IMG/VR virus record: IMGVR_UViG_3300030613_000004
Origin: a virus
Reading direction: 5' to 3' (one strand)
DNA length: 45,752 bases
Positions 1-7,682 of this stretch are shown piece by piece. The notes beneath the pieces were generated by a model, which saw only the letters and a list, made by a program, of their open reading frames with translations, made no database searches and was not told the origin of the DNA. Numbering within the stretch: the stretch's first letter is position 1; each line of letters starts with the position of its first letter. Both the position numbers and the translations under genes were made by a program.

Positions 1-127
1 TTCCAGGGCTCCTTACTGCCTCTAAAGGACACGATTTCGCTGTCGTCGTGGATACGCTGGCCGACATCGGGTTCGGCCTGGCGTGGCGCATACTCGACTC
101 TCAATACTTCGGAGTCCCACAGAGGCG
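1..127. repeat. Terminal direct repeat, copy 1 (identical to 45626..45752); circular-assembly overlap
   Basis: Bases 1-127 match the last 127 bases exactly. The repeat lies inside an ORF that continues in frame across the junction. Confidence 0.95.
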
Positions 128-818
128 CCGCCGTGTCTACATTGTCGGACATCTTGGAGCCCCATGCCCACCCGAAATACTCTTTGAGCCCGAAGGCGGC
201 GGCGGGGATACTCCGGCGGGCGGAAAGGCGGGGGAGAGCGTTGCCCACGCACTTAGAAGCAGCCCTCGTGGCGTTGACGAACACACCGGCACAACCTACA
301 TCGCCGAAGTCTGCCCAGTCTTACGGGCTGGCAAGAACCGAACGGGTGGGGATAGACCCCCAGGAACAGATGTCGATACCTGCGAAAGCCTCATCGCCCA
401 GCCACTGCGCTCCAACCGCTGGGGAGGGAGCGACAGCCACGGAGACGAGGGGAATGTCGTTTGCGCCCATGCACTCAGCGCCAGTGCCAACGCCGGTCTC
501 TCCCACCGAGAGGACAGCGGCAACTATGTGTGTGCGCCGGCTGACCCCAACGGAATGCGAGCGCCTACAGAGCTTCCCCGATGGCTGGACCCACACACAC
601 GGGAAGGCGATGGCATGAAAGATGATGTTCTCGTGCAAGAGCCAAGCGGGATATGGCGTCCAATCAAGGAGAGCGATTGGCAGCACCTTGAGCCATGTCC
701 ACGATGTCCCGATGGTAGGCGGTACGCCGCCCTCGGAGATGCCGTCACGGTGAACGTGATCCAGTGGATCGGAGCCAGGTTGCTGAAAGCGCATGAGGCA
801 GCGCCATGCTACAGGTAA
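1..818 (+). CDS. DNA (cytosine-5)-methyltransferase, C-terminal part; 1..127 duplicates 45626..45752
   Basis: Frame of ORF 48..818. QRRRRVYIVG (motif VIII-like) at ~120-150 and PDGRRYAALGDAVTVNVIQWIG (motif X-like) at 708-773. Stop TAA 816-818. The motif IX block is in another frame (see findings). Confidence 0.75.
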   Translation, partial: PGLLTASKGHDFAVVVDTLADIGFGLAWRILDSQYFGVPQRRRRVYIVGHLGAPCPPEILFEPEGGGGDTPAGGKAGESVAHALRSSPRGVDEHTGTTYIAEVCPVLRAGKNRTGGDRPPGTDVDTCESLIAQPLRSNRWGGSDSHGDEGNVVCAHALSASANAGLSHREDSGNYVCAPADPNGMRAPTELPRWLDPHTREGDGMKDDVLVQEPSGIWRPIKESDWQHLEPCPRCPDGRRYAALGDAVTVNVIQWIGARLLKAHEAAPCYR

Positions 819-1009
819 CTTGCACCCGCTGCCAAGGTCCTCTCTGGCCCTGGGACCCCAACGGTGGCTGCCATACGTGCCGGATACGGCCCGATGAGCG
901 GCTGGTGGGAGCCTGGCGACGGGCCTACGCCTATGAAGCGGGCATGGAATGCCGCCTGGGGCGGGACGGTAAGCGGCGGGCAGTGCGGTTGAACGGGAGG
1001 AAGGCATGA
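806..1009 (+). CDS. small Cys-cluster (zinc-ribbon-like) protein
   Basis: ATG 806 overlaps the MTase 3' end. Contains CTRCQG...CHTC. The stop overlaps the next ATG (ATGA). Confidence 0.4.
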   Translation: MLQVTCTRCQGPLWPWDPNGGCHTCRIRPDERLVGAWRRAYAYEAGMECRLGRDGKRRAVRLNGRKA

Positions 1010-1224
1010 CGCTTTCACCTGGGGCTGTCTGTTCACATCGGGCGCGGCTTTTGAGGGCGCTGGCCGGGGAGGAGACGCTACACCTCCACCTGAGTAACAC
1101 CCGCACCAGCGTTGCCGGTGCCTGGTGCTTGGTCTTTCAGCGTCGTGAGGGTATCTGCGACACGGATAGGTGCATCCCACTGGTGAACCTACCGCGCTTG
1201 CGGCGAGGGAAGGCACGGGCATGA
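1006..1224 (+). CDS. hypothetical protein
   Basis: ATGA overlaps at both ends link it into the operon. No recognisable motif. Confidence 0.3.
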   Translation: MTLSPGAVCSHRARLLRALAGEETLHLHLSNTRTSVAGAWCLVFQRREGICDTDRCIPLVNLPRLRRGKARA

Positions 1225-1532
1225 CCACCATCAAGGTTCGGGGGCAGTGTCAGGAATGCCACACCCGCTTTGAGACGACGGTGCCCGTGACCGGCTACGA
1301 CCCACCCCTGATCGCTTGCCCTTGGTGTCATGTCGTTGCGCCCTTGGTGGTAGAGCCAGCGGATGAACACTGGTGGACGTGGGTAACGAAGCAACCGGGG
1401 TTTGGAGAAATCAAGAAGGCGTTGGCGTCATTGCAGACAAAGGAGAAACCCGCGCCGCCAGCCAAGAAGCCAGCCATAGAGGCCGCGCCTAGCAAGCGAG
1501 GAGAGTTCAAGCGGCAAATGCCGAATGAATGA
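1221..1532 (+). CDS. zinc-ribbon-like protein with a Lys/Pro/Ala-rich tail
   Basis: ATG 1221 is in frame within ORF 1170..1532. Contains CQEC...CPWC. The stop overlaps the next start. Confidence 0.5.
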   Translation: MTTIKVRGQCQECHTRFETTVPVTGYDPPLIACPWCHVVAPLVVEPADEHWWTWVTKQPGFGEIKKALASLQTKEKPAPPAKKPAIEAAPSKRGEFKRQMPNE

Positions 1533-2709
1533 ACGGCAGTCCTTCATGTCGAGTTATTGCGCGTGGGCGCGCGAGGGCACGGATGCCCCAGCAGACTTTC
1601 ATCCGTTTGTGGCCCTAGCCATGCTATCGACGGCCCTAGGTAAGAACATCTGGATTGAGGCCGCTTGGGGGCGCATCTATCCACACCTGTGGCTCTGCCT
1701 CGTGGCTCCATCCGGGGTCCGCAAGTCCTCGGCCATCTGGATCGGTGCCCACATTCTCACGGACGCGGTGCCCGAGGCCATGCTGGTAGACGACTTCAGC
1801 CGTGAGGCACTGGTCTCATCCTTGATGAAGCAATCGGCTGGCGTGTTCATATGGGATGAGTTCGCCGAGAAGCTGGAGATGATGAAGCGGGACTACATGA
1901 AGGGCTCGATGGAGTTCATCACCCGCCTCTACGACTCGCGGCCTGTGAAGCGCCGGACACAGAAGGACGGCACGGTGCAGGTAGAGGATACGGCCGTGGG
2001 CATCCTCGCCGCCACAACGGTTGAGTGGCTGGAGGAACGGCTACGCCTGCGCGATCTCGCCGGCGGCTTCATCGCCCGGATGCTCTTCATTGCGGCCGAC
2101 GCGGGACAGCGCACGGCCTCTAAGCCGCCGTTCTACATGGGGAAGGCTGCGAGTTGGCAAGTAAGAGAGAGCCTTGTGCAGTACCTCCAGGGCATCACTG
2201 GGCTGCATGGCTGCGTCGAGGTGGAAGACAAGGAAGGCTTCATTGCCTGGCAGCAGAAGTTTGAGAACGAGATGCACAACGACGGCCCGATGGCGCCGTT
2301 CGTCAACCGCGCCTCGGTGCAGGCTCTCAAGCTGGGCATGGCCTACCAGGCGAGCGCGGGTTTCCCCCACATGATGGGCGGTGGTCTGCTACTTGGCAAA
2401 GAGGCGATGGGCAAGGGCATCCGCGCCTACGAGAGCGCTTATGAGCGGACCCGGTACATCATCACGGAGAGGGTAGCACCAGATCGGGACTCCCTCCTCC
2501 TGCGGAAGATGCGCGACATGATGGAGGAAGCACAGCAACGGGGCGAACCTCTCTGGGAACGGGAAGTCTACCGGCGGATGCACATGAGATCGGATGCCTT
2601 GAAGCGATACATCGAGACGTTGATCCGAGGCGGGGAGTGGAAAGCACACGTTGAGAGACCAGCGGGGGGCGGGCCTACGAAGACAGGCTACCTCATTGTG
2701 GAGGATTGA
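1525..2709 (+). CDS. DUF3987-like P-loop protein (putative replicative helicase-associated)
   Basis: 394-aa ORF. YPHLWLCLVAPSGVRKSSAI resembles the DUF3987 Walker-A-like block and FIWDEF is Walker-B-like. This is the only replication-type gene I can recognise. Confidence 0.6.
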   Translation: MNERQSFMSSYCAWAREGTDAPADFHPFVALAMLSTALGKNIWIEAAWGRIYPHLWLCLVAPSGVRKSSAIWIGAHILTDAVPEAMLVDDFSREALVSSLMKQSAGVFIWDEFAEKLEMMKRDYMKGSMEFITRLYDSRPVKRRTQKDGTVQVEDTAVGILAATTVEWLEERLRLRDLAGGFIARMLFIAADAGQRTASKPPFYMGKAASWQVRESLVQYLQGITGLHGCVEVEDKEGFIAWQQKFENEMHNDGPMAPFVNRASVQALKLGMAYQASAGFPHMMGGGLLLGKEAMGKGIRAYESAYERTRYIITERVAPDRDSLLLRKMRDMMEEAQQRGEPLWEREVYRRMHMRSDALKRYIETLIRGGEWKAHVERPAGGGPTKTGYLIVED

Positions 2710-2882
2710 GCGATTGTCACAGGGAGCTGTCCAAAGTGTGACAAACGTGACAAACGTTTCGAGTCTGCGGGCTATTATGGTCAGCTTCAGACTCCGTTTG
2801 TCACCATCCCCCTACTGGGTACCCAAAATCCGTCTTTGTATCTATAAAGAGAGAAGAGAGTCTTAAGGGGTGTGACAATCGC
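2710..2882. promoter_or_regulatory. Cluster of five GTGACAA(A/T)C motifs (iteron- or operator-like) around an AT-richer core
   Basis: Copies at 2713-2721 (inverted), 2737-2746, 2746-2755 (direct, tandem), 2796-2805 (inverted) and 2871-2880 (direct). The outer 12-mers GCGATTGTCACA (2710-2721) and TGTGACAATCGC (2871-2882) are exact reverse complements. Confidence 0.6.
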
Positions 2883-2930
2883 TAGGGGTAGCGTGGTGAA
2901 GCCGCTAGCGAGCCTGCTGAAGGAGGCGTG

Positions 2931-3149
2931 ATGACGATTGAAGAGAAGTATGAGGCTGTCTTGGCAACGTCTCACCATTGGCGTGGTCCTCTGCGGCGGG
3001 GTGAAACGAACAAACGATTAGAGGCCCACAAGGCCGCCGTCCTCGCCCTCTGCCATGCAGCCTACGAGTTAGGCTGGTATGCGGGCGATGGTGAGTATGA
3101 GGAACAGAAGGCTCGCATCGACGCGCTGGGGAAGGGGGAAGCGCAATGA
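2931..3149 (+). CDS. hypothetical protein
   Basis: AGGAGG at 2921-2926 followed by ATG 2931. The stop overlaps the next ATG at 3146. Confidence 0.55.
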   Translation: MTIEEKYEAVLATSHHWRGPLRRGETNKRLEAHKAAVLALCHAAYELGWYAGDGEYEEQKARIDALGKGEAQ

Positions 3150-3637
3150 CCAACATCTTCGACCACAACGACCCGTACCGGAACCAGCGGCTCCGTGAAC
3201 GGTTCGCCGGCAAGCCCACTGACGACGTGGCCCCAGTGACGCTGGAGCGTGCCCTGATGGATTTGATGGAACACTGTTGCCGATATGGTCGGTCTGCGGA
3301 TGTTCTAGAGCAGACGGTCTATGATGCGGCCTGCGCCATGACGATTGCGGGAAGGAGCCACCGGATGAAACCAATCGACCCCAAGACTGAGGGCCTGTTC
3401 GTGAACTTCGCAGCCGACCAGCCTGAGTATCATCCGCTGCCGGCACGAGTTCAAGAGGGCATCGTCCATACTCGCTGGAGGCCGACTTGGCGGGAGCGGT
3501 TGGCCGTCCTCTTCGGTCGGTGCGTTGACATCGAACTGATGACGTTCGGCAGGCCGCTTCAGCCAATCCTGCCCTACGTCCAGGGCATGGAGCCCAAGGA
3601 GGAACCCGTGCGCGATTCTGAAGAAGGACACCGCTGA
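3146..3637 (+). CDS. hypothetical protein
   Basis: 163-aa ORF coupled to the upstream gene (ATGA). Confidence 0.55.
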   Translation: MTNIFDHNDPYRNQRLRERFAGKPTDDVAPVTLERALMDLMEHCCRYGRSADVLEQTVYDAACAMTIAGRSHRMKPIDPKTEGLFVNFAADQPEYHPLPARVQEGIVHTRWRPTWRERLAVLFGRCVDIELMTFGRPLQPILPYVQGMEPKEEPVRDSEEGHR

Positions 3638-3709
3638 GTCGGGCTTTGGGGGCGGCGCTTCTGCTTCTAGCCGTCGCTGCCCTCGCTGGAACGATTATGG
3701 AGGCTGCTT

Positions 3710-3898
3710 GTGAAAACAATCGTGACGCTATCGGTGTGGGGAGTCATCGGCCTACTGACTGGCTGGATCAACCCTTGGTTCCTCTTGGGCGGCTGTGTCG
3801 GTCTGCTGATACCGGATGCCCTGGAACTGTCAGTAGGTTGGTGGCGACTGCGACACCCTGGCGACAAGCGCGCGCGGCAGACGCTCAGGAGGCGATAG
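3710..3898 (+). CDS. small membrane protein (two hydrophobic helices)
   Basis: GTG 3710 lies ~8 nt after GGAGG. Hydrophobic stretches VWGVIGLLTGWI and FLLGGCVGLLI. The stop abuts the next ATG. Confidence 0.5.
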   Translation: MKTIVTLSVWGVIGLLTGWINPWFLLGGCVGLLIPDALELSVGWWRLRHPGDKRARQTLRRR

Positions 3899-4513
3899 AT
3901 GCTGGAGATGGCACAGAACCTCAGGGAGATGGCGGACAGGCTGGAGGCCGAAGCCTTAGCCCTTCGCAACAATGCGTCGGCTTTGGTTCTAGCCAATTCG
4001 CCCTGCCCTCACTCCAACTCCAAGGTGCTCAAGAACGACTCAGGGCACTTTGTCCGCTGGTGCAACGACTGCAATCGGGTGCAGGCGGAGGGTGGGCCGT
4101 CCTCGGGTGCAGAGGCGTCGGAATCAGTGCGGATACCGCCTGGGGGCTGGCCCGAGAACCCGCTGGCCTGGAAGGGAACGGCTACAGCGTCCTCGGACGC
4201 CGAGGTGCCGGCATCGAGCCCGCCAGAGCGAGTGATAGGCCAGGAACTAAACCCCCTGTCGCGGCTGCGGGATTTGGAACGACGGATGGGGGTGCTGGAG
4301 GCAGAACGCAAGCTGGAGCAGGCGGGCCGGTCGCAGTCGACTCGGAAGATAACTTGCCCGTACTGCCTGGTAACGTACGACGAGATGAATTTCCCTGTTG
4401 GCCCGAATCCCTCTGGCCCGCCGTCCAGCGAGTCGCTGCCTGTGAGTCAGGGAACGGCAGCAACCCTAACACCTACAGGCTCGACAGGGGACACGGGGGG
4501 CCGCTTCAGTTGA
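3899..4513 (+). CDS. coiled-coil / Cys-cluster protein; the last ~130 nt are probably not coding in this frame
   Basis: Begins MLEMAQNLREMADRLEAEALALR. Contains CPHS...WCNDC and CPYC. After YDEMNFP the translation becomes low-complexity while the -1 frame carries a recognisable domain. Confidence 0.5.
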   Translation: MLEMAQNLREMADRLEAEALALRNNASALVLANSPCPHSNSKVLKNDSGHFVRWCNDCNRVQAEGGPSSGAEASESVRIPPGGWPENPLAWKGTATASSDAEVPASSPPERVIGQELNPLSRLRDLERRMGVLEAERKLEQAGRSQSTRKITCPYCLVTYDEMNFPVGPNPSGPPSSESLPVSQGTAATLTPTGSTGDTGGRFS

Positions 4514-4662
4514 GCAAGAGCACGTGGGAGCCGTACTTCCAGGCGACGCGGGGCTGGACTTGGGCCAGTGTGGTTAATGATCCCGTGCGGCATTACTGCG
4601 CAGCCTACGAGGTATTCCTGAGGAGCAGCGGCTGGAGTCCCTGGCCGAACTGCCAGCCGTGA
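4354..4662 (+). CDS. Rpf-like transglycosylase-like domain protein (start uncertain: TTG 4354 or fusion to the upstream ORF)
   Basis: WPAVQRVAACESGNGSNPNTY..GHGGPLQLSKSTWEPY matches the W..A.CES.GN...GG.QF...TW pattern of the transglycosylase-like (Rpf) domain. GGAAG lies 5 nt before TTG 4354. There is no ATG or GTG nearby. Confidence 0.55.
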   Translation: MPVLPGNVRRDEFPCWPESLWPAVQRVAACESGNGSNPNTYRLDRGHGGPLQLSKSTWEPYFQATRGWTWASVVNDPVRHYCAAYEVFLRSSGWSPWPNCQP

Positions 4663-4746
4663 AGAAGCGCCGCTCCAAGACGCAACGGCGAACGCCACCC
4701 AGCAACGTGTGGCGCTGGCCGCTCTCGCACCCTTCCAGGTGAAGCC

Positions 4747-5058
4747 ATGACCATCGACCGCGTATACCTTCAACAACGAGTCTTCGAACTCTTGGCGCTA
4801 CAGATACGCCTCCTCCGCGAGAACCGGGGGTGGTCTCAGGCTGAATTAGCCGAGCGGGCGGGCCTGAGTTGTCGAGCCGTCCAATACGCCGAGGATGCGG
4901 TCGTTGGTAGGGTGAGTGTGCGGACACTGAAGAAGATAGCCACCGCCTTTGATGTCGCCTTGATCCTCCGCTTCACGAGTTGGTCCGACCTGCTTCGGTG
5001 GTTGGCGGTAATCGACGCCTGGCTAGCCACGCCGAGTTACGAGGAGGAGAAGCCATGA
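4747..5058 (+). CDS. XRE-family helix-turn-helix regulator
   Basis: LRENRGWSQAELAERAGLSCRAVQYAE...LKKIATAFDVAL is a typical HTH_3 pattern. AGGTGAAG precedes the ATG. Confidence 0.7.
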   Translation: MTIDRVYLQQRVFELLALQIRLLRENRGWSQAELAERAGLSCRAVQYAEDAVVGRVSVRTLKKIATAFDVALILRFTSWSDLLRWLAVIDAWLATPSYEEEKP

Positions 5059-5345
5059 CTGATGCGATCACAGAGGCACAGGCGGCGCTGGAGGAGGCAC
5101 TGGGCCTAGCTAGATACCGTGGGGCAGACGCGCTCGATGCACTGCCACTTGCCCGCAAGCTGGCGCTGGTGGTACACGACGCCTGCGCTGAGGCCAGCAC
5201 CTGTAACGAGCGGCCGGAGCGGTTCTTCGACCCCTGCGTCCACAACGAAGGGATAGAGCCGGGGACGCGCGGCACCCGTATCTGCCGGCTGGCTATCCGC
5301 GAGCGGCTGCTAGCGCCAGGCGAGGCCAGACATCGTGCGCCGTAG
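5055..5345 (+). CDS. hypothetical protein
   Basis: ATG 5055 follows GAGGAGGAG (5041-5049). It converges on the recombinase 3' end and overlaps it by 36 nt. Confidence 0.45.
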   Translation: MTDAITEAQAALEEALGLARYRGADALDALPLARKLALVVHDACAEASTCNERPERFFDPCVHNEGIEPGTRGTRICRLAIRERLLAPGEARHRAP

Positions 5346-6116
5346 CCGCTTGGTGGTTAGCTTGCCACGTGCCGCCATCAGGCAGTCCGCCACCATCTGC
5401 CCCTGCTCCATGACGGTGGACTCCCCGTTGATGTACCTGGCAGTGGTATCCACGCGACAGTGCCCGAGGAGCTGCATCAGGCTGATGACATCGGCTCCGT
5501 TCTCGTGCATGGCGGTCGCGTAGGCGTGTCTCAGCATGTGTGGGCTAACGTGAAACCCCAACCGAGAGTCCAGCGCCCGGAGCCGGTCGCGGACCTGTTG
5601 GGTGCTCAGGCTGAAGACAGCCGCTCGGCCACCCTCTGCGCCTGCTTCTCCGTGTCGAAGAACCCCAGGCTGCCACCGGGGAACACCGCCCGCCATCCCC
5701 AAGACGTGCGGATCGCCGCGCATATCGTCGTGGGTGCCCCTAGAGGGCTCTGTGGTGGCGCTGGCGTGGCCTTGACCTTCGCTGGTGATGTCGGAGCCGT
5801 CGTTCTTTTCATCACAGATTCCCCCAGACTCGCTTTCTCGCTGCGCCTTCCATGACGCCAGCGCCATTGTAGCGGGTCGCCCGATGGGGCACACCCGCGT
5901 CTTGCGCCCCTTCCCTGTCACCCGGATGGTGCCCGCCTCCAAGTCTACGCAGTCCCACGTTAGCCCCACGAGTTCAGCCACACGACAGCCCGAACCGTAG
6001 CAGACTTCACAGAATACCCGCGTCTCGCCCGTGGCGACTTCGAGGAGCCGGCGCACGTCGTCGAGAGAGAGGTAACGCCGGGAGCGGTGTTGGTGGTAAG
6101 CCGAGAGTTGTTTCAC
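5310..6116 (-). CDS. Xer-like tyrosine recombinase: catalytic domain only, with a ~70-aa insertion
   Basis: GSGCRVAELVGLTWDCVDLEAGTIRVTGKGRKTRVCPIG is the Arg-containing Xer-like block. SPHMLRHAYAT...LLGHCRVDTTARYI supplies H-x-x-R, H and Tyr. There is no SAM-like core-binding domain before the catalytic domain. Confidence 0.8.
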   Translation of the reverse strand: MKQLSAYHQHRSRRYLSLDDVRRLLEVATGETRVFCEVCYGSGCRVAELVGLTWDCVDLEAGTIRVTGKGRKTRVCPIGRPATMALASWKAQRESESGGICDEKNDGSDITSEGQGHASATTEPSRGTHDDMRGDPHVLGMAGGVPRWQPGVLRHGEAGAEGGRAAVFSLSTQQVRDRLRALDSRLGFHVSPHMLRHAYATAMHENGADVISLMQLLGHCRVDTTARYINGESTVMEQGQMVADCLMAARGKLTTKRLRRTMSGLAWR

Positions 6117-6331
6117 GCCTTCGCCTCCCGTACGGCCTCTTGGGCCTGCTCATAGGCTGAATTATCCTTGTCAACTCGCGCAGCCATCGTCCAGCACGCA
6201 CCGTCCTCAAATGTACATACGTCGGCACCAGCCAGCAGCGCCTCCAGCGCGGCGAGGAGCTTGGCGTTGACGCGCTCCAAGTCCTCACATCGCGCTTCGT
6301 AGTCCATGATGTCCGGTGTGTGCTCGCTCAT
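6113..6331 (-). CDS. hypothetical protein
   Basis: ATG 6331 is preceded by GAAAGGTAAGG on the minus strand. The stop overlaps the recombinase start. Confidence 0.5.
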   Translation of the reverse strand: MSEHTPDIMDYEARCEDLERVNAKLLAALEALLAGADVCTFEDGACWTMAARVDKDNSAYEQAQEAVREAKA

Positions 6332-6409
6332 GACCTTACCTTTCTGCGGCTGATTCCCGCGAACGCTCCCCGGCGTTCCCACTCTTGCCGGTCCCACTGA
6401 CTGACGCGC

Positions 6410-6928
6410 CTAGCCGATGTCCCAGTCGGCCTCGTCATAGCCGGGAAGGGCATTGATGGCTGCATGCCGCAGGGCTTCGCAGAACGCTTTGGACTCGCTG
6501 CCCTCCCAGTCTGGGTGCTCGCAACTCTGGTACTCGTAGCACGCGATGGCCTTTAGGACTGCGACGGGCTCCAGGAGCGGCGTGTGCATTGCGACATGGA
6601 AGGAGCTGAACGTCGCCTCTGCCAGCGAGAAGCCGACCGGCCCTGGTAGGTCCGTGCTGTCCATCGGCTCATCATACCGATGACATACGCTGCGGACATT
6701 CTCGGTTAGCAGCATCCGCCCCGTCTCGTTGAGCGTGTCGCTGTCCAGCTCTCGCCGGCACCGCCGCGCGGTGGCCACCGATGTGGGACCCCAAACCTGG
6801 CCCCGTTCGAAATCGCTATCTGCCCTAGCCTCAGGCGCGAGCCAATGGAAGCCCCCCTGGCGGCCGTAGGTCATGGCCGCCTTCAGCATGGCCTCGATGT
6901 GTTGCTGGCTAACTACGAATGCACTCAT
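6410..6928 (-). CDS. hypothetical protein
   Basis: The internal ATG at 6928 (MSAFVV...) is preceded by GGAGAAGGGGAAGGGA. 172 aa, no motif I can name. Confidence 0.55.
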   Translation of the reverse strand: MSAFVVSQQHIEAMLKAAMTYGRQGGFHWLAPEARADSDFERGQVWGPTSVATARRCRRELDSDTLNETGRMLLTENVRSVCHRYDEPMDSTDLPGPVGFSLAEATFSSFHVAMHTPLLEPVAVLKAIACYEYQSCEHPDWEGSESKAFCEALRHAAINALPGYDEADWDIG

Positions 6929-7011
6929 TGTCCCTTCCCCTTCTCCAGAGCTATCGGCCCTGGCCCCTACCAGCGACTGTCGCAAGTAGGGGCGAGCGCC
7001 GAAGCGCCCCG

Positions 7012-7188
7012 CTAGTAGTCTGATTCCTTCTCGCCCATGTCATGGACGATTCTCGTGAGTTCCTTTGCGAGCTCAGCGATGTCGGCAAACGGATTGTAGT
7101 TGTTTGCGACTCTGTAGAGGGTGGACCGATATTCGCGGGCCATCTTCTCCAGGTGACCCGCCATGTCCTTTGCAGTCTGTGGTTTCAT
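7012..7188 (-). CDS. hypothetical 58-aa protein (below the ORF-track cutoff)
   Basis: Minus strand reads AGGAGAAGAACG-ATG. Translation MKPQTAKDMAGHLEKMAREYRSTLYRVANNYNPFADIAELAKELTRIVHDMGEKESDY. It fills the gap in the leftward cassette. Confidence 0.5.
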   Translation of the reverse strand: MKPQTAKDMAGHLEKMAREYRSTLYRVANNYNPFADIAELAKELTRIVHDMGEKESDY

Positions 7189-7263
7189 CGTTCTTCTCCT
7201 GCCCTATCATCCGCCCGCTGCCATCAGTGGGCGAGTGAGGCGGCAGGAAGCCGCCCGGGGGCG

Positions 7264-7563
7264 CTAGGATACTTTGGCTATCTCTTGCATCACGCACACA
7301 GCCTGGGGTTTGGTCGGAGCCCAGATCAGGCGGTACATGAGGACTGTTGGCGGTAGCATGTCCCGGATGTGTTCCCACGGCTCGTTGAACGTCGGGTAGG
7401 CGTTGAACCGTGGCCCCTTCGAGGGATAGGCTGGGCGGTCGTAGTAGGCCAGGTACTCGCGGACGCGCTCGCCGTCCTTAGTGGTGATCCATATCGGCCC
7501 GCCCGTCTCACGATCCGCATCGGCAGGGTCAATCCTGGTCAAGTCTAGTATCGTCAGTGTCAT
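7264..7563 (-). CDS. hypothetical protein, first gene of the leftward cassette
   Basis: ATG 7563 is preceded by GGAGGG. Confidence 0.55.
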   Translation of the reverse strand: MTLTILDLTRIDPADADRETGGPIWITTKDGERVREYLAYYDRPAYPSKGPRFNAYPTFNEPWEHIRDMLPPTVLMYRLIWAPTKPQAVCVMQEIAKVS

Positions 7564-7582
7564 CACACCCTCCATAACACAA

Positions 7583-7677
7583 CGCCCCGGCTCCTAGCTG
7601 TCCATTCTGTGAGGTCCGGACGGCCGGTGGAACCGGGGCGAAGTGTCTAACTTAAAACAGCCGTCCCGAACCTCACA
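7583..7677 (-). promoter_or_regulatory. Interleaved inverted repeats in the leftward leader / divergent control region
   Basis: CGCCCCGGCTCC (7583-7594) versus GGAACCGGGGCG (7629-7640), 11 of 12 complementary. TGTGAGGT-CC-GGACGGC (7608-7624) versus GCCGTCC-CGA-ACCTCACA (7660-7677). The order is A, B, A', B'. Confidence 0.5.
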
Positions 7678-7682
7678 CTGCC

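Noticed and set aside
1-127. The 127-bp end repeat as a genuine phage direct terminal repeat.
   Set aside because: It interrupts a continuous ORF mid-domain and has assembler-overlap character. It is treated as circular closure pending read-terminus analysis.
321-1106. Long antisense or alternate-frame ORFs throughout: 321..1106 -, 3069..3719 -, 11368..11997 -, 14174..14782 -, 26010..27134 -, 31409..32188 -, 40473..41408 -, 43052..43711 -, 45091..45729 -.
   Set aside because: They shadow better sense-strand genes in GC-rich DNA. Their translations are Arg/Pro/Gly/Ala-rich with no motifs, no SD and no operon logic.
3646-4353. N-terminal 235 codons of the 338-aa ORF 3646..4662.
   Set aside because: They overlap two better gene models with good RBSs (3710..3898 and 3899..4513). 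Only the C-terminal Rpf-like part looks genuinely coding.
4495-4501. G GGG GGC heptamer as a -1 slippery site joining ORF 3899 to the Rpf-like frame.
   Set aside because: It lies downstream of the CESGNG core of the domain, so a shift there would delete the start of the domain. No canonical X XXY YYZ site is visible in the useful window, 4354-4400.
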